Assembly: GCA_049967475.1 (NCBI GenBank)
Contig: JBMFSQ010000017.1
Span: forward strand, 1-64,000
DNA length: 64,000 bases
From: Chthonomonadales bacterium
Lineage (GTDB): Bacteria > Armatimonadota > Chthonomonadetes > Chthonomonadales > CAJBBX01
Reading direction: 5' to 3'
In this document: positions 1 to 7,031 of the stretch, piece after piece
Layout of the letters: each line of letters starts with the position of its first letter
Position numbering within the stretch: the first letter of the stretch is position 1
The notes under the pieces: model-generated
The model's database searches: none
Seen by the model: the letters and a program-made list of their open reading frames with translations, nothing else
What the model was told of the DNA's origin: nothing
Program-made: the position numbers and the translations under genes

Positions 1-308
1 AGCACCCCTACCTCTACTGCGACCACGACCCGGTGAACGCGGTGGATCCTGGGGGACATTTCTGGTTCTTCGTGTTGGCAGCGTTGCTCCTGATCGGGGG
101 CGCAGGATGTGGGTACCGCGATGGGTCCAATAGCGGAGACGGTGGCGATCACAGGCGCTTACCCGACTTCAACCCCAACCCTGACGAACATCCGGGCGTT
201 TCAGGCCCGCCGATGCCTAGCCCGCCGCCATCGCCCCCGGACTGGCCAGAACCTTCGGAAGGCGATCGCGGGAAGAACTCACATGGAGGCCCGAAGCAGG
301 GTGAGTGA
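1..308 (+). CDS. RHS repeat-associated core protein, 3' end with C-terminal tip (5' partial)
   Basis: The frame is open from nt 3 and reads HPYLYCDHDPVNAVDPGG, matching the YxYxxNxPxxxxDPxG motif that ends RHS cores. About 83 aa of tip follow, to TGA at 306-308. The ORF-track start at 33 is an internal Val. Confidence 0.8.
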   Translation, partial: HPYLYCDHDPVNAVDPGGHFWFFVLAALLLIGGAGCGYRDGSNSGDGGDHRRLPDFNPNPDEHPGVSGPPMPSPPPSPPDWPEPSEGDRGKNSHGGPKQGE

Positions 309-1642
309 TCGGGCTGACCGACGACGCTAAATCACGGTACCGTATGCGAGGGGTGTCAATGTCCTTCATTCTCGATCCATGCAATCGCCGTGCGGACGGA
401 TTGTTGCGCGGCATGTGGGCCGGTGTTCGCACCGGGGCCGTTTTGTTCCTCCTCTGCGGCTGCCAACCCTCGCTGGCAGACGATCGTCAAGTGCAGCAAT
501 GGTGGGGTGAGTACCAACAGTGCTTTGACGTATGGCTCCGCCCAGATGCCTTCCGCCTGCGCGCCCTTGCCTCCCGCATGAAAGGCGAAATGGTACTGGC
601 CACGAACCCGCGCGCCGATCGCGTGGAAGCAGCCGCCATCGTCGCTGCCGCCGGCACAGAACTGCGGGAGTGGCCTGATGCAGAGCGCGCAGTAAATACG
701 GTCACGCAGCTAATGCGCTCGGCCCAAGCTTCCCCGTCTGAGCAGGCTCGTTGGGAGCAATGGGCGAACTACCGTCTTTTCGCAATCCGGGCAGAACAGG
801 GGGATTGGGCGGGTGGCACGTACTACCTTGTTCGAGCTGACTGGCCGAGGTACGTCCATTCGCTTCTCCCCATGACGGCAATCTGTGTGGCCTGGGCCCT
901 ACTCTGGTTGCTTTCGACACCCGGCACGCGCGATCAGCGGAAGCGCATTCTCCAGCTTGTTCTGCTCTCCTGCGTTCCTGCGTGCCTTGCCCTGACGTAC
1001 GACGGCTTTCCCCTTGTGCTAAGTGCCATAATCTACGGCAATGCGGGCGCCAGCGCGGCCTTCAGGCACTCAGATTTGGTGGTTCGCAGTGCGGCGATGC
1101 CTATGTGGTCCTTGGCGATGCTTGCGATCGCTGCTTTTTTCTCTCGCACCCTCCCTAACCCCGGTCGGGAGACACCTGGTTGCCCAAGCCTGCAGTCGGA
1201 AAGCGAGCCGCGTGCCTTTTCTCCACGGAACGCGCTATGGCGGGCGATATTGGCCGTTTCGCTCATTGTGTTCATGACGGAGGCATTCGCCGCTGATCTG
1301 CCCGGCGCCATCCGGAAGCTTTTTTCCTGGGCCTTTGTGCTGCAACCATCCCACGGATTGCCGTTGATCGGAAACGGATTGATGATACCGCCCGGTGAAG
1401 AAGTTCTTTTCCGCGGTGTGATTTACGCTCGGTTGAGTGAGCTTTACTCTGATTGGTTTGCCATTCTGTTCAGCGCGTCACTCTTCGCCGCCTCCCACTC
1501 CGTGAGCAGCCAATTTCGGTGGCTCTTTTGGCTCGGCGTCCTTCAAGCGGTACTGTTCAAAATCACGCGTTCCGTGTATCCTTGCATCGCGGCGCATGGC
1601 CTAGGGGCCATCATCAACACCGCTGCCCAAATCAGCGGATAA
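305..1642 (+). CDS. CPBP (CAAX protease/Abi) family intramembrane metalloprotease with an N-terminal soluble domain
   Basis: Motifs EEVLFRG, FSASLFAASH and CIAAHG, plus several TM helices. Lipobox-like LFLLCGC near the N-terminus. The GTG start overlaps the upstream stop (GTGA); the true start may be later. Confidence 0.85.
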   Translation: MIGLTDDAKSRYRMRGVSMSFILDPCNRRADGLLRGMWAGVRTGAVLFLLCGCQPSLADDRQVQQWWGEYQQCFDVWLRPDAFRLRALASRMKGEMVLATNPRADRVEAAAIVAAAGTELREWPDAERAVNTVTQLMRSAQASPSEQARWEQWANYRLFAIRAEQGDWAGGTYYLVRADWPRYVHSLLPMTAICVAWALLWLLSTPGTRDQRKRILQLVLLSCVPACLALTYDGFPLVLSAIIYGNAGASAAFRHSDLVVRSAAMPMWSLAMLAIAAFFSRTLPNPGRETPGCPSLQSESEPRAFSPRNALWRAILAVSLIVFMTEAFAADLPGAIRKLFSWAFVLQPSHGLPLIGNGLMIPPGEEVLFRGVIYARLSELYSDWFAILFSASLFAASHSVSSQFRWLFWLGVLQAVLFKITRSVYPCIAAHGLGAIINTAAQISG

Positions 1643-2195
1643 GAAGGACGCAGCTCCAATGGCGGCCCTTCTTCTAACCGCGGCGATTGATTGCGACGTA
1701 CGGTATGTGACTATTTCGACTGAACAGCGGTGTTGATCATGGCCCAGCCCTCTGCTTCCTGCGGTAGGGGGGAACTACCAGCCAAAACCTAGTACCCGTG
1801 ATGCGCATGGGCTGGGCGATGCCATGATCCGGTACCGCGACGGAATGTTACAGGGGCGGGGTTTTCATGGTGAGCCAACGCTTCTATTGCTCTGGGAACC
1901 CGTGCCCCATTTCTTCAGAAGGACCCTTCCGCTGGCGCCGTGGTGCCTTGTGGGCGGCCTAGTGGTAGGGCTTGTGAAGTATGCGTTGGTGGATCGGCGT
2001 AGCTTCTATTTCGTTGGCCGCCAGGCCGAGGCTGCCAACGCTCGGGATACTCTCCGCACATGGCTGAGGCTCGCTACATAGACCGTCCCCAAAACGCCTG
2101 GAGTGCGCCTTGCAGCTAGAGGCCCGCGTGGCTATACTCACGGGCTTCCGCCGCATCAGCCGCACCGCAACTACAGCATGCGCATTCGTGACGTC

Positions 2196-2939
2196 CTACC
2201 GCGCCAGATACTGGCGAAACGACATTCCTCCAGCCAAAGAGCCCTCGAAGCGCCCCACGATTTCCGTCCCCCGCGTAACCGTGCCCGACACTTCCCCGGA
2301 GGGTTCGATGCGCAATCGCCCCACATTCCCGCGGTTATCGGAGAGCGCCGCCGTTCCGAACAGCGAAGGGTTGCGTCCCGGCAAGGCAACGAGGCTGTTC
2401 GCAAACTCCAAATCCGTCTCGATGTTCGCCGTGTAGCCGTTGTCTAGGCGTACGGAAAGGGTGTCCGGGGTGCGCATACAGTTCTGCAGCCCGGTAAAGC
2501 GTGAACGGAGGAGCCGTCGGCTGCCCGTGGCGCGCCCGACCCCCGGGATCTCCACCTCGAATTGCCACCGCATTTCGGGCTCATGAGCAGTGGTAATCAC
2601 CTTCGCCGTGGCGCTCAACCCCGGAGAGCCGGCTGTGCGCTCATAACCCACGGGGTCTACCGCGGGGATGGTGGTGACGCCCTCTGCGGCAACGTACGTC
2701 GTATTCAGAAGATATGCGGCGCAAGCAGCGAGGGCAGCCTCCGGCTCGGCCTCGGAGTACCGGAGTGCCTCGGTGAGGCGCGCCGTGTCCAAGAGGGCTT
2801 CGGCGAGGCGCTCCGAGGCGTTCATGCGCTTCCCTGCGGCGTAGCGTACCCCTGCCGAGGCTACAGCCGCACCGCCGGCGACGACTGCAGCGCCGATCAA
2901 TCTTTTGAGTAAGGAACCCACCATATACCACCCCCTCAT
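2196..2939 (-). CDS. Hypothetical protein with N-terminal membrane anchor
   Basis: 247-aa ORF with a hydrophobic N-terminus and beta-rich C-terminus, co-oriented with the upstream operon. Start may be 2924. Confidence 0.65.
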   Translation of the reverse strand: MRGWYMVGSLLKRLIGAAVVAGGAAVASAGVRYAAGKRMNASERLAEALLDTARLTEALRYSEAEPEAALAACAAYLLNTTYVAAEGVTTIPAVDPVGYERTAGSPGLSATAKVITTAHEPEMRWQFEVEIPGVGRATGSRRLLRSRFTGLQNCMRTPDTLSVRLDNGYTANIETDLEFANSLVALPGRNPSLFGTAALSDNRGNVGRLRIEPSGEVSGTVTRGTEIVGRFEGSLAGGMSFRQYLAR

Positions 2940-3129
2940 GGCATCGTTTGGCCACAGCGCTCTTCACGAGATAGACGCATCCGCACTGCGCCCGGTTTCC
3001 CAATCACGGCGCCGTCAGGTCCTTCATTTCAAATGGATGCGCTCCCCTTTCCACCCATCCGGCGGAGGCACCGGAGCCGGCGATTGCGGCTGCGCTCCAA
3101 TCAGCGCGCTTCGGGACCAAAGACTCGAA

Positions 3130-3702
3130 CTAAAGCCCAAGGGTGCGGCGCACCAATTCGCTTCGGTGGTGGAATTCCCGGTCGTCCAAAACGGGTGCCG
3201 CTCCCGATGTGGGGAGCATGCGCTCCAGCGTCACCCAGGACTTGCATCCGCCGTACCGGCTTTGCATCGGCAGTACGAATGGTTGGGGAAGGCGATAGAC
3301 GCGGAGAACGATTACGAAGAGCGGGTCGTAGGGATTGAAATCCAGGCGCGTGCGGATGTATCGGTCGTTCCAGATGTGATGGTCCGAAAGCCGGTAAAGC
3401 GCCTCTTCTGAAGCCGCCTGGCCTACGGAGTGGACCACCGCATAGCTCTCCAGGGTGACGATACGGGCATCATAGCCGGCAGACTGGATGCACTCCAGAT
3501 CGCGGATTGCTTCCGGCGCCAGAAGGTCCGCATTCTGGTGCTCGTATGTGGGCATCAAAAAGAATTCCGTGTCGGATACCCGGAAGGCGCCGTCTTCCTC
3601 ATGGATGCCGCCTTTGCGGAGCAAAACAATCTGCCGGCCGCTGGCGAGGGCGGCGCAAACCACCGCCCATTCCTTGAAGGCGCGGTTATTCTCCTGAAGC
3701 AT
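3130..3702 (-). CDS. DUF1802 family protein
   Basis: AFKEWAVVC...LLRKGGIHE N-terminal signature and YGGCKSWV motif. Start overlaps the upstream gene end. Confidence 0.85.
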   Translation of the reverse strand: MLQENNRAFKEWAVVCAALASGRQIVLLRKGGIHEEDGAFRVSDTEFFLMPTYEHQNADLLAPEAIRDLECIQSAGYDARIVTLESYAVVHSVGQAASEEALYRLSDHHIWNDRYIRTRLDFNPYDPLFVIVLRVYRLPQPFVLPMQSRYGGCKSWVTLERMLPTSGAAPVLDDREFHHRSELVRRTLGL

Positions 3703-4135
3703 CAATCGCCTCCATGAGGGCGTCAATCCCGGCCTGGGCCACATCCCGATCCTGGTCCGGCGATCCGCTGCTGCATCCCACTCCGCCTACGCACAGGCCA
3801 TGCACGAAGATGGGCAATCCACCGCCGAAGATGGTAAACCGTCCGCCGTGGCTCGCGTGGATGCCGAATGCGGGGCCGCCGGGTCCGCCCACTTCCGCGT
3901 ATTGATGGGTCGCCATGCGGGTGGACGCCGCCGTAAAGGCTTTGTTGATGGCGATCTCTACGCTCGTGAGCTTGGCGCCATCCATTCGGTAGAAGGCGAG
4001 GAGTATTCCGGCTTCGTCCACGATGGCGATATCCATATCCACGCCGATTTCCCGCGCCCGCCGCACGGCTCCCTCCAGAATCACGCGGGCACCCTCCAGC
4101 GTGAGCTTCACAAGCCCTTTGCGCAGCAGCGGCAT
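3686..4135 (-). CDS. GlcG/HbpS family heme-binding protein
   Basis: IAIVDEAG..RMDGA..SVEIAINKAFTA and GGGLPI..VGGVGCS motifs; RBS AAGGAGG upstream. Confidence 0.9.
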   Translation of the reverse strand: MPLLRKGLVKLTLEGARVILEGAVRRAREIGVDMDIAIVDEAGILLAFYRMDGAKLTSVEIAINKAFTAASTRMATHQYAEVGGPGGPAFGIHASHGGRFTIFGGGLPIFVHGLCVGGVGCSSGSPDQDRDVAQAGIDALMEAIDASGE

Positions 4136-4184
4136 AGGTCTACCTCCTTAGGGCTATGGATCGCGCGCGGCAGGCGGCTGATCC

Positions 4185-4841
4185 TTACGCCACACGGTGC
4201 TCGGCAGCACCCCGTTCGATCCCCAGAATATGCAGATTGTGAACGCGCTCCCACCCAATCGTGGTTTCTGGTCCATGGCCCGGATACACGCGGGTGTCGT
4301 CCGGCAATACCAGCAGGCGCTTCTGGATCGAGGCGATAAGTTCTTCGATAGAGCCTCCCGGCAAGTCCGTCCTTCCTATTGAACCCGCAAAGAGCACGTC
4401 ACCCGTAAGGATGAAACCTTCCCCAAGGAAGCATACCCCACCGGGCGTGTGGCCTGGCGTGTGGACTACGGTGAGATGATGCCGGCCGATGCGGATGCGC
4501 TCGCCCTCTTTGAGAAAGTGCCTCGGTTGGAAGGGCTGCGGTGCATCCATGCCCATCCACGCAGCCTGCTCCTCCAGTGTGTCCAGGAGAGGAACGTCGT
4601 GTGGATGGAGGGCCACGGACACGCCGAAGCGGCGTACGAAGTGGGCGTTGGCTGCCACGTGGTCCGCATGAGCGTGGGTGTTGAGGACCTCGCGGAGCCG
4701 CCACCCGTTGCGCTCGATCTCTGCGGCGACGCACTCACTGCCCGCCGTGGGATCAACCACCACCGCATCTCCCGTAGCGGGGTCCAGCACTACATACGTA
4801 TTGTTGTCCAGATACCCCAGGTTAAACCTGAAAACCTTCAT
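4185..4841 (-). CDS. MBL-fold metallo-hydrolase (glyoxalase II/YcbL-like)
   Basis: THAHADH, HTPGHTPG, GDVLF..SIGRTDLPGG and YPGHG motifs. ATG at 4841 with GGAGGG upstream. Confidence 0.92.
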   Translation of the reverse strand: MKVFRFNLGYLDNNTYVVLDPATGDAVVVDPTAGSECVAAEIERNGWRLREVLNTHAHADHVAANAHFVRRFGVSVALHPHDVPLLDTLEEQAAWMGMDAPQPFQPRHFLKEGERIRIGRHHLTVVHTPGHTPGGVCFLGEGFILTGDVLFAGSIGRTDLPGGSIEELIASIQKRLLVLPDDTRVYPGHGPETTIGWERVHNLHILGIERGAAEHRVA

Positions 4842-4909
4842 GTTGCAATCCCTCCGGAGGAAGCCATATCTTGGCCAGCGCCATTCTACGGTGTGGCGGG
4901 AGGGCAATC

Positions 4910-4947
4910 TGTGATCTCCATCACACTTTTTTGTGATCTTGATCACA
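4910..4947. promoter_or_regulatory. Two tandem CRP/FNR-family operator sites (TGTGA-N6-TCACA)
   Basis: TGTGAtctccaTCACA at 4910-4925 and TGTGAtcttgaTCACA at 4932-4947, in a divergent intergenic region. Confidence 0.8.
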
Positions 4948-5021
4948 CTCAGTTCCCGGATGATCGGGAGGCCGGTGTAACGTATGGGGCGCTGCAGGGG
5001 TCGAATGGGTACGTTATTGGG

Positions 5022-7016
5022 ATGTGGAGGGTTCTTGGAATGACTGGGCGGGGCGTCTACGAACGTACGGCGGCGTGGATCGGTGTATTTACGTCCCTTG
5101 CGGCGGTTGCCGGCGCTTTCCAAGGCGCATCTCCACAACCGCCCCCGTTGCAGGGATCCGTTGCCGATGCCTTGGTGGGCATAGAAGTGGTGAACCGTTC
5201 CAAAGATGATGCCGTCCGCCAGATACGGAGAGGCAACGGGGTCGTCCTGCGGCCAGACGGCTTCGTGCTGGCTCCGGCCGCCCTCTTCTCCACCAGGATG
5301 GAGGTGGCGGGCTCTCGTGAAGAGGCAGCCGCCCAGTCTATAACGGTTACCGCATGGCCCGGGACGCCGCGCTCCGTTCGGTTGGGGGCACATGCTCCAC
5401 GATATCTGCCGAAGGGGATCGGTTACACAGTCGTCAAGATTGACGATGCGGCTCTGACGGCGGTTCGCACCCTCCTACCGAGCGGCCTGCCCGCCGGTGG
5501 AGGGCCGCTCACCGTGTGGTGGAGCACATGGACTGATGCCGGCGGCTTCCAGCTAGCCCAGCATCGTGACGTGGCCGCACTTCCTGCCGAGCACGCTGCG
5601 GATGCAGACCGCGTCGGCTTCGACCACCCGTCGGATGGAGTGCCCCTCGGAGCCGTGGTAACAGGCCCTGAGGGCTTGGTAGCAGGGATGGTGGACACGC
5701 TCCAGAACAACCAAGCCGTTGATTTTGCAACCATGGCGGCTCTCAATCGCGTTACCAACTGTGTGTCCCCGCTTCCTCTCCCCGATGGTCCGTACCAGTC
5801 ACTTGCCCGCCGGCAGGCACCCCCGCCTCCTCCCATGGTGGAGATCCCAGGAGGGCGCTTTCTGGTGAGCCCTGCACTCTCGGCGCAGCAGCCCGATTTG
5901 GAAGGTTCCGCCACAGCGACCGTAGCGCCCTTTAAGCTGGACCGCTACCAGGTGACGAATGAGGAGTACTACGCTTATTGGCGCACGCTCCCCCAGGAGA
6001 AGCGGCGCGAATTGGGCTTCCGAAGCAACTATTATCCGCGCACCTGGGCGCCATGGCCGGCGGATCCCCCCTTCCCGGCGGAGCTGGCTCGGCTCCCGGT
6101 TCTGGGGGTGCCGCTGGAAGGCGCTCAAGGGTATGCGGCTTGGAGGGGAAAGCGCCTCCCCACACCCTACGAATGGTCCTTCGCCGCACTCGGCCCCCTG
6201 GGCGAAACGGGAGGCCCGGCATGGATCCGCCGATATCTTGCCGATCGGGATATGGCATGGCGGCGCATCTGCCTTCTTCATGGCGAGTATCTGCAACGGC
6301 ATCCCGAACTCGGCCAGCGCGGCGCGCTTTTGGGCGGCTGGAACCAATTGCCGTGGATCGCGATACCCGCCTTCCTTCGTGACGCATCCATATGGTCCAA
6401 GGAGACGATAGACACCTACCTGGATCCTCTGTGGGCCATGTGGAAGGACCCGATCTACGTGCTGCCGGTCGGCTCGCGGGAGTACGACGTAAGCGAATAC
6501 GGCGTGGCGGACATGGTGATGAATGGTATGGAACAAGTAGTTCCTTATCCGGGACCGCCGGTGCGAGGACAACCCCGATACATGGGGGTGGAGTGGCTCC
6601 CCCGTGTCCCTACACCCGCAGATCCCTGGATGCCCATCCACATCGAAGCCCTCACCAACGGCCTCCCGCTTCAACCCCTCTCACGCCTTTACCGCAGGAA
6701 GATCCTGGGACCCTCCACGCCGGATCTGCTGCTGTGGTCCAACCTGGATGAGACGGCGCAAATGCTTCAGCCCCTCTCAGGATGGCGGCTCTTCATGACC
6801 GGCGCTTCAGAGGTGGATGCCGTCTTGTGGCCGCGCGGCGCCAAGGCTACCACACTATTGGGGCCGCCGGCAGGGCTGGCTGTGTGGCAGGGCACGCCAC
6901 GCCACTTCCATAGGGAGATGGGGCGCGAGATCCCCCTTGAAGCGCCCGAGCCGCACCCTTCGCCTGGGCCTCAGCTCTTCTATTATCTGCCTACAGGCTT
7001 CCGATGCGCGCGGTAA
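5022..7016 (+). CDS. Exported protein: degenerate trypsin-like domain fused to an FGE-sulfatase (SUMF1-like) domain
   Basis: Signal-like N-terminus; GNGVVLRPDGFVL; then MVEIPGG, FKLDRYQVTNEEY, KRLPTPYEW, PVGS...GVADM and terminal GFRCAR. Start (5022 or 5040) is inferred. Confidence 0.8.
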   Translation: MWRVLGMTGRGVYERTAAWIGVFTSLAAVAGAFQGASPQPPPLQGSVADALVGIEVVNRSKDDAVRQIRRGNGVVLRPDGFVLAPAALFSTRMEVAGSREEAAAQSITVTAWPGTPRSVRLGAHAPRYLPKGIGYTVVKIDDAALTAVRTLLPSGLPAGGGPLTVWWSTWTDAGGFQLAQHRDVAALPAEHAADADRVGFDHPSDGVPLGAVVTGPEGLVAGMVDTLQNNQAVDFATMAALNRVTNCVSPLPLPDGPYQSLARRQAPPPPPMVEIPGGRFLVSPALSAQQPDLEGSATATVAPFKLDRYQVTNEEYYAYWRTLPQEKRRELGFRSNYYPRTWAPWPADPPFPAELARLPVLGVPLEGAQGYAAWRGKRLPTPYEWSFAALGPLGETGGPAWIRRYLADRDMAWRRICLLHGEYLQRHPELGQRGALLGGWNQLPWIAIPAFLRDASIWSKETIDTYLDPLWAMWKDPIYVLPVGSREYDVSEYGVADMVMNGMEQVVPYPGPPVRGQPRYMGVEWLPRVPTPADPWMPIHIEALTNGLPLQPLSRLYRRKILGPSTPDLLLWSNLDETAQMLQPLSGWRLFMTGASEVDAVLWPRGAKATTLLGPPAGLAVWQGTPRHFHREMGREIPLEAPEPHPSPGPQLFYYLPTGFRCAR

Positions 7017-7031
7017 GAGCAGGCGGAGATG

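Noticed and set aside
1824..2081. 85-aa ORF with a hydrophobic stretch, possibly a second immunity gene or remnant
   Set aside because: No recognisable motif or clear RBS; its start lies inside an inverted repeat. Not supportable as a CDS.
4449..5393. Long overlapping N-terminal extensions of the MBL and FGE ORFs in the ORF track
   Set aside because: Artefacts of taking the first start codon in GC-rich DNA; family motifs and RBS place the starts at 4841 and about 5022.
5022..7016. FGE-sulfatase gene as a diversity-generating retroelement target
   Set aside because: No reverse transcriptase in the window, and I found no second near-copy of its 3' end differing at adenines. A remote DGR cannot be excluded.
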